Assembly (NCBI GenBank): GCA_951406725.2 | Contig: OX597823.1 | Location: 86,118,001-86,182,000, forward strand | Direction: 5' to 3' | Origin: Octopus vulgaris | Lineage: Eukaryota | DNA length: 64,000 nucleotides | Shown: in pieces, positions 1 through 13,166 of the stretch | How positions within the stretch are numbered: position 1 is the first letter of the stretch | How the letters are laid out: every line of letters begins with the position of its first letter | The notes under the pieces: model-generated | What the model saw: only the letters and a program-made list of their open reading frames with translations | Told to the model about the DNA's origin: nothing | The model's database searches: none | Made by a program: the position numbers and the translations under genes

Positions 1-232
1 TTTTACGATTGACTCAGACGACAGCTGTACTCTTCCCGAACCTGACAGTAGATGTTCTGCATAAACCCACACTTCAGACACTCCCGGATACTGAACAATA
101 GCGTGCAGGACAGTTTCTCTATCCCGTCCGCATCTTGGACAGTCGGCAGTGGTGGTTCAACCGTGTCAATGCCAGCTTATCTCGAACGGGTAAGGCTCCT
201 CGGTAACATTGCCAGGCCAGGGATGAAGGATG
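1..232 (-). mobile_element. L1/Tx1-clade LINE ORF2 C-terminal fragment (zinc-binding region)
   Basis: Minus strand translates, with one frameshift, to SLAWQCYRGALPVRDKL...DCPRCGRDRETVLHAIVQYPGVSEVWVYAEHLLSGSGRVQLSSESIVK. This matches the CxxC...ET..H..C..W motif downstream of RT in L1/Tx1 LINEs. Confidence 0.8.
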
Positions 233-386
233 GAGGGTATTTCAGCTGAGACGTTGTGTTAACAAGAAATAATATGAGAATAAATATGTCAAATGTAAAT
301 AATGTAAATAAGCTTTTGAAAGTTCTATAGATATTTCAACATTATGATGCTATGATGCTAGGTGTTTCCATTATTATGTCCAACTC

Positions 387-431
<45 letters not shown>

Positions 432-436
<5 letters not shown>

Positions 437-1994
437 TATTATAAAAGGCAGATTTTATCTGCCTCCCTTTGGGAGTTATACAAATCTACAATATAGGATT
501 TCTTCAATTACAATTTACCTAGCATTTTTAAGAGTACAATGCATCGCGTCATGCCAGGTCCAGTTTTTAAAATTTAAACTCCAATTAAGCAAAATTTACA
601 GAAAACTCACATTCTGGTGTGTGTGTCAAATGCTTTTCTTAGTCTGGTTTACACCACACGCAAACGCACACACACAGTGTGCAACGAATAAAATGAAAGT
701 AAATAGCGACAGAGTGATTTGAGGAAGACTAAACTGAAAGTATTTAAACCACTACTCAAAAAATAAAAAAACACAGCAAACAGAAACAAATAAATACATA
801 ACCATTTACTCCTCACACAATTTCTTCAATTAGAATTTACCTAAGATTTTTCAGAGTACTTCAGTGGGTGATGCCATAAAAAATTTCTTTCAATTTTACC
901 ACCAATTAAGACAAAATTCGAGAAAACTCAATATTTTAACATATCACTCCGAAAGCATTGATGTACATGTGTGCGTGCGTGAGTGTGTGTGTGTCATTCC
1001 TCACACACACGCATACACATACATATACAACTACATACAACTACATACACATACAACTACATACAAACACGTGTGTGTTTGTTATTAGTAAAAAAGGCGC
1101 CAAAACTCAACTCACTTATCATTCCAACACATTTGCAAAGACACACGGACGGACAGAAAAGGTAAATTGGTTTTTATTTTACTCTGTATATATTTTATTA
1201 TATAATATTATATATAGATATATGTATATATAATTGCAGTATGAAACAGTGTTTATGTATAAAGAGACGACACTTATATATAGTTACCAAGCCGCCCGAA
1301 TTTACCTATTCATATTTAAATGAGAATATCAGAGCAAATCTCTTTAGTACATTCGTGAAAACACGTATTATACTTCGTAAACACTTCAACTACAGTTTTG
1401 TACAAAAATCGAAGTGTAATTTTAATTCCGTGAATTATGGGAGATTTTTTTCCGAAATTTGTTCCTATTGTGTTTTCAAAATTTGTAATTCTGACAAAAA
1501 ATGGATACGAATTTCATTATATCAAGCAGCGAGTCAGAATTCGAAGGATTTTCTACTGAAGACCTTCATAAATCTAACTCTATGACTGAAAAAAAAAAGC
1601 ATCTTTATATAAGAGTGAAGTTGTGTGTCTGTCTCCTACGATTTAGATTCCTAACTACTCCCACATTTTGCGGTGCAGTTTAACCAAAAGCGGGTATCTT
1701 ATAGTCGTGATTCATATCGAGCCCTTCTGGGTATTAGCGTGCGTCTACGATGAGTCTACGATTTAAAAAAAAATTACCATCATATTTTTCCATTTTAATG
1801 CATTTTTTCGCTTTTATATAAGGGAAGTAACTCTCTAAAAATATCTACGATGTGTCAACGATTTAAAAAAAAATTTACCTTAATTTTTTTTCAATTTTTA
1901 ATGCATTTTTTGCTATTTTTTGGCTATAACTCTCTAAAAATGCTTATATAGTTATTTCCCTTACAACCCGAGCAACGCCGGGCGATACTGCTAG
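432..1994 (+). mobile_element. Non-autonomous composite Helitron
   Basis: A|TC 5' end (TCTCTTATTATAAAAG) at 432 and a second 5' end (TCTTTATATAAG) at 1602. 3' hairpin CCCGAGCAACGCCGGG at 1967-1982 followed by CTAG|T at 1991-1995. Internal direct repeats (~498-612 vs ~820-935; ~1755-1843 vs ~1855-1942). No TSD; lies in (TA)n. Confidence 0.8.
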
Positions 1995-2008
1995 TATATA
2001 TATATATA

Positions 2009-3282
2009 TCAGGTTGAGTAAAAGGTAAGCAATATTTTGAACCATGAAGAATTTGTACCGGATTTTTGCAGAGTTCTGAATTTTGTTTAAACATTTTTTT
2101 GTTTTACAATTGTCTGATAATACAGACATAGACTTCCAAATTCTTCATTAAATTAACATAGATATTTTTTTCAACGTTGTTACAATCATCTGAAATTGAA
2201 CTGTCAAACCGCGATATTCAAACAATTTTGCGATTCAACTTCATAAAAGGACGTAAAGCAGATGAAACTGCTGGTGATATCAACGAAACTATTCGTGTGT
2301 AAATGACCAGTGAGTGATCAGTTCGAAAACGGTTCAAACGATTTCGCAGTGGAACCTGAGCCTTGAAGTTCGTGAGCGTAATGGACGCCCATCTGTCATC
2401 GATGACGATCAATTAAAGGCCGTGTTTGAGAAAGATCCACGTAAAACCACCCGAGAACAGGCAAAATGAACTTCAAGTTAGTAAGAAAACTGCCTGCAAC
2501 CATTTGCATGCGATCGGAAAATGAAAACACCTCGACAAATGGCTACCATACGTTTTGAATGAAAATCGGAAAATGTACCGATATGAAATTTACTCGTCGC
2601 TTCTTCATCTTAACCAGACCGATCCATTTCTCGACCGTGTTGTAAATTGCGATGAAAAGTGGATTCTTTAAAATAGTAAAAGAACATTTTTAGCAGTGGT
2701 TGGACAAAAATGAAGCACCGAAGCTCTTCCCTAAACTCGAGCTCTTCAAAAAGCAAATTACGGTGACTGTTTGGTGGTATTCTGCTGGACTCATTCACAA
2801 TAACTTCTTAAAATCCGGAAAAACCATTATCGCAGAAACATATTGCCATGAAATTGTCAAAATAGGCGAAGAGTCACTATTCCTCCGTCTCAGACTGGTC
2901 AACAGAAGAGGGCCAATCATTCTTCATGACAATGCTCGACCACACGTTTCACTAATGACGCTACAGAATTTGAGAGAATTTGACTACGAAGTTCTTCCCA
3001 CCCACTTTATTCCCCAGACCTTCTTTCCTACTAACTATCTCTTTTACAAGCACAATGATGGTTTCCTGCGAGAGAAGAATTTCACAAATCAAACCGATAC
3101 TGAAAGTGCGTTCAAAGAGTTCTTCAGCTCCAGAACTCCAGATTTTTATGTTACCAGAATAAACAAAACTGGTTGGCAAACATGTGTTGATTGAAATTTT
3201 ACTTTGAGGAATAACATTTCTGCGTTGTTGAAATAGATTGTAATGACTTCTCGTGTTTCGAAACGTTGCTTAATCTTTTACT
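2009..3282 (+). mobile_element. Decayed mariner (Tc1/mariner) transposon with transposase pseudogene
   Basis: TA-preceded TIR TCAGGTTGAGTAAAAGGTAAGCAA and a degenerate right TIR (TTGCTTAATCTTTTACT, 3266-3282). Frameshifted transposase motifs GRPSVIDDDQLK, KWLPYVL, DPFLDRVVNCDEKW, TVWW, IILHDNARPH, YSPDL. Confidence 0.92.
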
Positions 3283-3351
3283 ATAGCCTCGGGTCAACCA
3301 GAACTTTGTGAGTGAATTTGGTATTTTAAAACTGAAAGAAGCCCTTCCAGG

Positions 3352-3411
<60 letters not shown>

Positions 3412-3413
<2 letters not shown>

Positions 3414-4004
3414 TATTCACAGACATGACAGAGTTGGAACCTACATACATTGGAAGCTATGCCAACATTATGGAATAACAACAGAAAAAAGATGGTATAG
3501 GCACACACCAGAAAAGGTCACAGAAAACGAGAAAGCAACCATACTCTGGGATATGCCGATACACACAGATAGAGAAATTAAGGCCAACAGACCAGATATA
3601 GTTGTCAGAGATCATGAAGAAAAAAAATGCTTTCTAATTGATGTATCAATACCGGCAGATGACAACGTGTCTCTAAAAGAAATGGAGAAACTCTCAAAAT
3701 ACAGAGACCTGGAAATAGAGATAACTAGAATGTGGAACCTGAAAACAGAAACAATTCCTATCATAGTAGGTGCATTAGGCATGATAAAAAAATATTCGGA
3801 CAAATACATAACAAAAACACCAGGACTTACAAACACATATAACATACAGAAAATTGCACTACTAGGCACTGCACACATCCTACGCAGAACACTTTCCATA
3901 CAATAACCATCAGAGCATCACAACAAATCACAGCACGTACCCAAGGCACACAGAGCTGCACTCGGTAGTGAAGTGAAAGCACGCTATAAAAATAAAACTA
4001 CTGA
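3412..4004 (+). mobile_element. 5'-truncated R4/Dong-clade non-LTR retrotransposon (restriction-like endonuclease end plus 3' UTR)
   Basis: Uninterrupted frame 3412-3906: YIHRHDRVGTYIHWKLC...ILWDMPIHTDREIKANRPDIVV...LIDVSIP...EKLSKY...IPIIVGALG (RHD and PD-D-K motifs). Flanked on both sides by (TAA)n, the known Dong target. Confidence 0.9.
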
Positions 4005-4159
4005 ATAATAATAATAATAATAATGATAAATAACACACACACACACACACACACATATATATTGTAAAAAATAAATAACAATGAAGCAAAATAACACCAA
4101 ATATATAGTGCGTGTGTTTTTATTGGCTAAACTGGCAAAATGACCATTCCGAAATATAG

Positions 4160-4202
<43 letters not shown>

Positions 4203-4661
4203 TTAGGATTAAAATTAAAGCTTTGATAGAAGACTTTAGTGTTCAAATCTTGTTTTGAGTATGTCCCTAGCAGTGTGCCTTGGAGACCACGTTCACCCCT
4301 TACAGCTACCAGGCGTCACTCGCGGTACTGCAGTTTAGTCGCCGGATCTACATAAGGAATTCCTCGTTGCACGTTTAGTATATTTTAAATAATTATAGTA
4401 GTGCTAAATAAAGCTTAACGTTTACTCTGTCTTTCCTATCAATTATCTATATATTATATAGATATATACACGCCTCTGAGCCGTAAGAAGTTTACTTTCC
4501 AAGAAGGTGGTTCCAAATTCAGACCCACTCCGTTCGCATCTTCGCAAGTGCCTTCTACTATAGCCTCGGGTCAACCAAAACTTTGTGAGTGAATTTGGTA
4601 TTTTGAAACTGAAAGGTTTTCCAGTATATAATAATAATAATCATAATAATAATGATAAATA

Positions 4662-4695
<34 letters not shown>

Positions 4696-4784
4696 TATTT
4701 AATTGAACGCCACGCATTCATTTCCAAGTAAGATTATATATATATATATATATATGTGCGTGTGTGTGTGTGTGTGTATGTGAG

Positions 4785-4943
4785 TCTGTGTAGTAAGTAG
4801 CTTGCTAACGAACCACATAGTTCCGGGCTCCGTCCCATTGCGTGGCACCTTGGGCATGTGTCTTCTACTATAACTTCGGGCTGACCAAAGCCTTGTGAGT
4901 GGATGAGTGGATTTGGTAGACGAAAACTGAAGAAAGCCCGTCG

Positions 4944-5015
<72 letters not shown>

Positions 5016-5266
5016 TGTGTGTGTGTGCGTGCGTGTTTGTGTGCGTGTGTGTATGTGTGTGTGTTTGTGTGTCTGTGTTTGTCCCCCCAACATCGCTTGA
5101 CAACCGAAGCTGGTGTGTTTACGCCCCCATAACTTAGCGGTTCGGCAAAAGAGACCGATAGAATAAGTACTAGGCTTACAAAGAGTAAGTCCTGGGGTCG
5201 ATTTGCTCGACTAAAGGTGGTGCTCCAGCATGGCCACAGTCAAATGACTGAAACAAGTAAATGAAT
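4785..5266 (+). mobile_element. SINE family A (tRNA-like head, internal TA/TG microsatellite, CR1-like tail)
   Basis: Near full-length copy of a family repeated more than 10 times in the window. Tail GGTGCTCCAGCATGGCCACAGTCAAATGACTGAAACAAGTAA. Confidence 0.9.
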
Positions 5267-5530
5267 ATCTATTTTCATTCCGTATTTTATGTGTACTTCA
5301 TGTAAATATGTTTAGCCTAATTGTGTTTACTTACCTCAATACTTCCATATTCACTCGATCTGTATTTCTCTTATCGCCAGTCTTGATACCGTGAGCAATG
5401 CCCTGGCTGAAGAAGTCGGTACGCAAGTTTAAATTCATTTGATACTACTATGTATTTTGTATACTGAGCTTTCAGCTACTATTACTATATATGTCTCCGT
5501 GTACACACACACATACATATATACATATTA

Positions 5531-5942
5531 CCTTGATCAACTTGTGCGACCAGTCCGTCGGGCGTCCATTTGACACCGCTAGTCTCAGCACGCTGTCCAC
5601 TCCTCACTGAATCACGCACTCTTCATCCACGTGATCCCAATCGCCCTCCTAAAATCGTATCTCCACTGTCGTGGAGGCCTTCCGAGGGGTCGTTACCGCT
5701 CGCACGGGTGCCACTCGACAACTGCGTGGGTCCACCGATTATCGGTGTGCCGGGTGACGTGTCAAGCCCATCTAAACTTGCTGCGTGTATATTCTACGAA
5801 TACATCCCTCACGCAGGTCTTCTCTCTGATGACCTCACAACTGATATGCTCTCAACGAGATTCCAAGCATTGACCTCTCCATGGCTCTTTGTGCCGTTAC
5901 CAATCTCTGCTATTCTCCCTTTGTTGTAGCCCATGTTTCACT
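5531..5942 (-). mobile_element. RTE-clade LINE 3' fragment
   Basis: Minus translation SETWATTK..RLVTAQRAMERSMLGISL...KFRWA*HVTRHTDNRWTHAVVEW...RPLGRPPRQW, a typical RTE ORF C-terminus with several stops. Confidence 0.88.
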
Positions 5943-6072
5943 ACATATACATATATGTACAAATATGAATATATATATCTTGCATACACATATTTGTATG
6001 TATTATCCTATAGGCGAATAAAATGGATCAGTAAAGAAAAATAAAATGAAGGCTGATATATTATTTTGTACC

Positions 6073-6381
6073 CTAGGCACAAGGCCCGAAAGTTTTGGGG
6101 AGGGAGCCAGTCGATTAGATTGACCCCAGTACGCAACAACCGAAATACCTATTTCTTTATTACCCACAAGGGGCTAAACACAGAAAGGACAAACAAGAAC
6201 AGACAAAGGTATTAAATCGATTATATCGACCCCAGTGCGTAACTGGTACTTATTTAATCGACCCCGAAAGGATGAAAGGCAAAGTCGACCTCGGCGGAAT
6301 TTGAACTCAGAACGTAGCGGCAGACGAAATACCGCTAAGCATTACTCCCGGCGTGCTAACGTTTCTGCCAGCTCGCCGCCT
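6073..6381 (-). mobile_element. SINE family B (Nin/Deu-like central domain); young copy abutting an older fragment
   Basis: Reverse complement of GGCGGCGAGCTGGCAGAAACGTTAGCACG...GTTCAAATTCC...GCCTTTCATCCTTTCGGGGTCGAT..AAGTACCAG...GCCCCTTGTGGGTAATAAAGAAAT. Confidence 0.88.
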
Positions 6382-6754
6382 TTGAAGAGTGATATATTTG
6401 GGGGACCAAATTCGGAGTGTTTCTAAAACTTCTTTTGATTGTATTTAAACGAGGATGCACGAATTCAGCGCATCATCCGTTGCAGAGGGAAATTTATTCT
6501 TTAAGATCCCTCAACGCAATCTCGTTGAAATCATTGGACGCGTTGGAAATAACAATATAAGCACTTTCAGTTCACACTCTACGATTTAAGAAGAGGAACA
6601 CAAAATGATGTAGTCCCAGAGTTTTCTATGATTGAATTATATATCGGATGGTCATAGCAAAACTGCTATGACCATCGATATGTGGTTTGGCATTATGTGG
6701 TTGGACACTATTATCAACGGTAACGGAGAATAGGAAAACAGCAAGAACAGCAAC

Positions 6755-7110
6755 ATCGTCATCATCATCAACATCATCCTCTCCATCATCAATATCATAA
6801 CCCCCACCATCACCACTATCATCATAAGCATCAACAGCAAGGACTACCACAATGCCACTATGACAATGTGGCATCATCGAACAAGATGAGTTTAAATATG
6901 TGTAACAATAACACCACTGCTACCACCACCACCACCACAACTACCACCATAAGCTCCAACACCATCACCACAACCACAACTACCACCACCACCACCACCA
7001 CTACCATCACCACTATCACCACCACCACTACCATCATCATCATTATCATCATTATCATCATCGTTGCAATCATCGTAGCAATTATCATTGTCAACAAAGA
7101 ACAACTATGA
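6755..7110. repeat. Compound (CAT/CAC/ACC)n trinucleotide low-complexity tract
   Basis: Direct inspection; it produces the poly-T/I/V ORFs in the track. Confidence 0.9.
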
Positions 7111-7392
7111 TGACAATATGACGACGGCAACGGGTAAAGCAACATTGCCCGTAGCACAACAGCAACAACAGCAAATTGTTTGTAATAATGAACTGTTTGT
7201 TGTTTGGGTAAATATATAGGAATCAAAAGAAATATTGTTGTAAACAACGACAAAAGAATACGAAGTTCGCCATTACATTTTTCAATCAGAAAAATTTCTC
7301 ACACTTCCGAACAATAAACGCCTTTCTTATTTAAAATATATGTTAATGAATTACTACAAATCTCTATCTGATTTCCTGTGAGCATGGGATAC

Positions 7393-8170
7393 GTATGCAT
7401 GTATGTATGTATGTATGTATGTATGTATGTATGTATGTATGTATGTATGTATGTATGTATGTATGTATGTAGGTGTGTGTGTGTATGTATGTATGTATGT
7501 ATGTGTGTATGTATGTGTGTGTGTGTATGTATGTATGCATGAATGTATGTATGTATGTATGTATGCATGAATGAAAGTATGTATGTATGTATGTAAGTAT
7601 GTATGTAAGTATGTATGTATGTATGCATGTATGCATGTATGTATGTATGTATGTATGTATGTAGGTAAGTGTGTGTATGTATGTATGTACGTATGTGTGT
7701 GTGTATGTATGTATGTATGTATGTATGTATGTATGTATGTGTGTATGTATGTATGTATGCATGTATGTATGTATGTATGTATGTATGTGTGTGTGTATGT
7801 ATGTATGTATGTATGTGTGTATGTATGTGTGTGTATGTATGTGTGTATGTAAGTGTGTGTGTGTATGTATGTGTGTATGTATGTGTGTGTGTATGTATGT
7901 ATGTATGTATGTATGTATGTATGCATGTATGTATGTATGTATGTATGTGTGTATGTATGTATGCATGTATGCATGTATATATACTTTACTTAATTTTAAT
8001 TTTATGTATGTATGTGTGTGTATGTATGTATGTATGTGTGTATGTATGTGTGTGTATGTATGTGTGTATGTATGTGTGTGTGTATGTATGTGTGTATGTA
8101 TGTGTGTGTGCATGTATGTATGTATGTATGTATGTATGTATGTATGCATGTATGCATGTATGTATGTATA
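7393..8170. repeat. ~780 bp (TATG)n/(TG)n microsatellite
   Basis: Direct inspection. Confidence 0.97.
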
Positions 8171-8394
8171 TATACTTTACATAATATTAGTTTTAATGTA
8201 TTAATTGACTTATATTTCGTATATAATTATTTACAACATGTATCTTGAATCTCCTCTTCGATTTAAGATTTTCTTCGATTTTACAACACGAAAAATTTAT
8301 ATTTGAATTTATTTTGTTCATTGCATTGGAACTGAATGTGCAAGTGTTTACTTAGTGATTCTGGTACGTATAGTAGACTCATATTTGTATATAT

Positions 8395-8482
8395 TTTACT
8401 TCCTGACGAGTTACGGATGACTAATTAATCAATTGACTTATTAGTTGATTTATTTGGTCATTAATGGTGAAACTCGTGACAA
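8395..8482 (+). ncRNA. Degenerate hammerhead ribozyme with long helix II, in a Penelope-like remnant (~8170-8580)
   Basis: CTGACGA (8403-8409), a long imperfect hairpin ATGACTAA..AATCAATTGA/TTAGTTGATT..TTGGTCAT, then GAAAC (8469-8473). The cleavage triplet and helix I are decayed. Confidence 0.5.
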
Positions 8483-8578
8483 TAAGGATTAACTGAAAAT
8501 TTTATTCACTCAAATGTCGTGTCCGCGTACAAACAAAGTGCTTTAATGTAAGAGAACCATATGGTGGTTTTCTCTTCC

Positions 8579-8680
<102 letters not shown>

Positions 8681-9521
8681 GTTTCCGATATTTTGTTCAA
8701 TCCCACAGCATATTTTCCGATACTTCTTAACTTTTATAAAGATAAAGTCGAATAACGTTGATAAAATGATAATAAATGAAATGACGCGGCAATGGCAGTT
8801 GTAATGATTATAATTGTATTGGTGGTCGTGCTGGTGGTAATGTGATGAAAAAGAGGAGGAGGACGAGGAGGAGAAAGAAAAAGAGGAACAGGTGCTAGTT
8901 ATGGAGACTCAGAGATTGGTACCCAAGCTGTTTTTTAAGGGTTTATCACTATAATGCAATGGCTTACAGATGTCTCTTTATGATCTCATTCTACGTTACA
9001 CCAAACTGAAAGTCCAATGGCAATGGAACAGTTATGTCGTGTGCAGCGATAACCAAGTGGAAGCGCGCTGCAAGTTACAAGTTTCGTCAAACTATCAAGA
9101 GCTTCAATGGGATTGAATAGACACCTGAGAGGCTACAGATGGAATGTCAGTGACGCCATTCACAACGAAGAAGCACAAAGAGAAGGCAATTATCTGAGGA
9201 GATAGAGCACAAACCATTTTATCATCTGAAAAGGTATCTCCGTTAGACGAAACACTGCAGATTTATAGCTTTTAATAACATATACATTCATTATATAATA
9301 TTGGTTTCGAATTTTGGCACAAAGCCAGGAAGTTCGGGGGAGTGGGGGAAGTAGTTACAATTGACACTTATTTTATTGACCTCGAAAAGTTGAAAGACAA
9401 AGTCGACTTTGGTAGAATTTGAAATCAGAACGTGAATACGGATGAAATGACGTTAAGCATTGTGTCCGGCATGCTAGTGATTCTGCCAGCTCAATACTTT
9501 ATATACTTTATATATATACTT

Positions 9522-9806
<285 letters not shown>

Positions 9807-9811
9807 ATATA

Positions 9812-10090
9812 TGGAGGCACAATGGCCCAGTGGTTTGGGCAGCGGACTCGCGGTCGGAGGATCGCTGTTTCGAATTCCAGACCAGGCGTTGTGTGTGTTT
9901 ATTGAGCGAAAACACTGTCTCCGGCAGGGGGGGGGGATCCCTGCTGTACTCTTTCGCCACAACTTTCTCTCACTCTCTCTTCCTGTTTCTTGAGTAATGC
10001 TAGGATGGACTGGGGGGAGCACATACAACACAAAAACCGGGAAACCGGGCCCATGAGCCTGGCTATGCTTGAAAAGGGCGACGTTAATCG
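9812..10090 (+). mobile_element. tRNA-derived SINE with V-domain-like core
   Basis: A-box TGGCCCAGTGG, B-box GTTTCGAATTCC, anticodon-like loop CTCGCGG, downstream GATGGACTGG and GAAACCGGG motifs. Confidence 0.7.
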
Positions 10091-10644
10091 TTTATATATA
10101 TATATAGGTATATATGCATACATTCCTATATGTATGTACGAATATGCGTTTTTATATGCGTGCATGTGTGCGGGTAAATATACATATATATATATACTTA
10201 CGTACTTATGAATGTCTACAGGCAGATATACGAGGCACAAAAGACTTCGTTGAAAAGCTCATTAACCACAATATTGTCGTATTTTATTTATCTATTGTCA
10301 GAACTTAATTACAACCGAAAACAAGTTCAGACCTTGCCCTAAATACCAGAGGTAGAAACTATATATAAAGTATACAGTCACGCTCACTGTTAATGGCTGT
10401 TTTGCTCCAGTGTTATCTCAGAAGAATAGTGATGCATATCTCTTGACCTTGTTGTAGTTATAATTGGTGTTGTATTTCTTTAACCGCATGTCGGCACTGA
10501 TCAAGTAAAAAAAAATCAAGCCCTTGATCACTTTAATCTAACCAGCCGTGACCACCACATCGTTTGTCACGGGCATAGTGTATATTCAACTTTATCTATC
10601 CTGGATGTCAGTCTGTCTCCGTCATTACATAGAAACATACATAC

Positions 10645-10726
<82 letters not shown>

Positions 10727-10744
10727 ATACATATATATATATAA

Positions 10745-11150
10745 GCGCAGGAGTGGCTGTGTGGTAAGAAGCTTGCTTACCAACCAGGTTCAGTCCCACG
10801 GCGTGCCAACTTGAGCAAGTGTCTTCTACTATAGAATCGAGACAACCAAAGCCTTGTGAGCGGATTTGGGAGAGGGAAACTGAAAGAAACCTGTTATATA
10901 TATATATGTATGTGTATGTGTCTGTGAGTATGCATGTATTTTTGTGTCTATGTTTGTTCCCCCGCCAGCGGTTTGCAACCGATTTTGGTGTGTTTACGTC
11001 CACGTAACTTATCAGTTCGGCAAAAGGGGTGGATAAAATAAATACCAGGCTTACAAAGAATAAGTGCTGGGGTCAATTTCTTCGATTAAAGGCGGTGCTC
11101 CTGCATGGCCACAATCAAATGGCGGAAACAAGTAAAAGAATAAAAGAATA
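10745..11150 (+). mobile_element. SINE family A
   Basis: Head GCGCAGGAGTGGCTGTGTGGTAAG through tail GAAACAAGTAAAAGAATAAAAGAAT. Confidence 0.88.
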
Positions 11151-11250
11151 TATGTATATATATTTCGTCAGTCGAGTCCTAGATAATCCTTGCAGTTTCG
11201 GCTGGTTATACTGGAGATGGCTCCAATCTGGCCAGCCCCAAGGTTAATCT

Positions 11251-11703
11251 AAGCTAAGAGCACTAGATTCCTTGGAAGAAAACAGCGAATATATACGAAA
11301 ACAAGGACGGAAAAAATCAGAAATGGTATACAAATACAAATGCAAACAATAGGACAGGTTGCTCTTGGTTACATCTAATCTAGTACAACTTGTTGCATGG
11401 TCGTGTCGTCGGCGTCTAAACTGGCAACCCCACTAGGCTTGCTTAGTGAGGAGGGTGCTTGTTGGACACCCTGCGGAAGCTAAGAGCACTAGATTCCTTG
11501 GAAGAAATCAGCGAATATATACGAAAACAAGGACGGAAAAAAAACAGAAATGGTATACAAATACAAATGCAAACAATAGGACAGGTTGCTCTTGGTTACA
11601 TCTAATCTAGTACAACTTGTTGCATGGTCGGGTGGTCGGCGTCTAAACTGGCAACCCCACTAGGCTTGCTTGGTGAGGAGGGTGCTTGTTGGACACCCTG
11701 CGG
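11251..11703 (+). repeat. Tandem duplication, 2 x ~226 bp
   Basis: 11251-11476 and 11477-11703 are nearly identical (AAGCTAAGAGCACTAG...GGACACCCTGCGG). Confidence 0.95.
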
Positions 11704-11802
11704 GATGAAAAATTGGACCCGTCAAAGGGCGGAGGAACTCATGAGCAGTCAACGGCTATCCAACGAATATGTGTAAATATGTATATATTACCTATTTTTT
11801 CT

Positions 11803-11852
<50 letters not shown>

Positions 11853-12410
11853 TAAAAAAACGTATATATATATACGTTATTTACATCTTATTTTATTTAA
11901 ATTTTTAAATTATATTTCTTTTACTTTTATATATATATATATATATTATTTATATTTAAAACTTATTTGTATTTTCAAATCACTGCTTACATAAAAAAAA
12001 AATTAATGTGTGAATATGCAACTCCAAGTCGGACACCGTTTGGGTGTCAGTTTGGTGTCTGGAACAGGATAGCTTAACTCATAGGCAGGAAGAAACTCTT
12101 TAAATTTTGTTGGTAATCTACCTAGGAGAAGGAAATCTCCAAAATAAAACATGCGGCCTTAGAAGTTCCTGGTTTTGTCGACTTTCATGTCACACCGGCA
12201 AAAGTATCCTTGGGACAATATGTGAAGGTAGTTCAGCTACACTCACTGAAAATTACTCGTCTGCAGAGGTACTTTCTGTACACCACATCTTAGTAAAATT
12301 ATTGAATTGGTTGTTTGGCAGAAACCTAAAAATGCACTTCTAACTTACTCTAAAATGCCTCAAACAGATTCAGTAAATGGCAAAAATGGTTTTGGAACGT
12401 CAGGGGAACA
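11580..12410 (+). mobile_element. Probable RTE/CR1-type LINE 5' region (5' UTR to start of APE endonuclease), interrupted by microsatellite
   Basis: UTR-like motif CTAGGAGAAGGAAA..CTC and codons for WNVRG at ~12393-12407, resembling the APE N-terminal WNVR motif. Confidence 0.45.
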
Positions 12411-12438
12411 GTATGTATGTATGTTCGTACGTGTAATA

Positions 12439-12469
<31 letters not shown>

Positions 12470-12470
<1 letters not shown>

Positions 12471-12660
12471 GCGAGAATTCACAACAAAAAAGACAGGTGG
12501 TGTAGACAATAAACAGATGTATTAGTTTAACGCTCGGGAAGTGAAAAAGTCTTTAACGTTTTGAGCCTTTCCTCTTCAACAGAAAGGAATACAGAAAGAA
12601 TCAAGGTGAGAAAATAAAGTGACAAGGAGAGAAAATAAAGAATGTTTAGTGGCTAGCGAT
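12470..12660 (-). mobile_element. Penelope-like terminal-repeat remnant with degenerate minimal hammerhead (12551-12586)
   Basis: Minus strand CTTT-CTGTTGA-AGAG..CTC-AAAAC-GTT-AAAG. Homologous copies at ~29830-29960 and ~63680-63870. Confidence 0.65.
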
Positions 12661-12664
12661 CACC

Positions 12665-13166
12665 AATAGAGCAACTGAGCCATTGGGAGAGAGAGAGACA
12701 GCTACGACTCTCCTCCTTGGAGTGAAGACGAGAGAGGTATGCAATGATATATGTGTGGAATATATTGCAGAGGGTGGCACCAAACTTTGGAATTGAGAAT
12801 AATACCAGACCTCGAATTGGACATCACTGCACTGTTCTAAGATTCCCAGCTGTCTCATCTAAAGTTAGAACCACGTATTATAATAGCTCGGGATCCAAGG
12901 GCTAGTAGGTATTTAATGTCTTGCCAAAATATCTCAAGGATCTCCATGGAGCCGAGGTAGATGTTTTCAGGAAACAACTTGATCTCTTGCTTTACAAGAT
13001 GCAAGATTAACCAATATCAAGGCAGGAAATTCAAAAGAAAGCAGCAGCAGCATCAAACTCCCACTGTAACCAAAAGCCAATCACATAGAAAGGAGATTAC
13101 ACTGGTGATGCCTCTGCATGGTCACAGCCTCAGGGATGAAAAATGCAAACGACTTAAAGAATAAAA

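Noticed and set aside
7299-8248. Long ORFs (up to 261 aa) of HTYI/MYVC repeats, and similar YI/CV/poly-I ORFs across the window
   Set aside because: Translations of microsatellites that lack stop codons.
9812-9890. tRNA gene
   Set aside because: The tRNA-like A/B boxes continue into a SINE body; there is no proper acceptor stem or terminator.
11580-11700. HDV-like ribozyme at a LINE 5' end (GGTTGC/GCAACC pairing)
   Set aside because: The nested double pseudoknot could not be built (no P1.1 GG or J4/2 motif).
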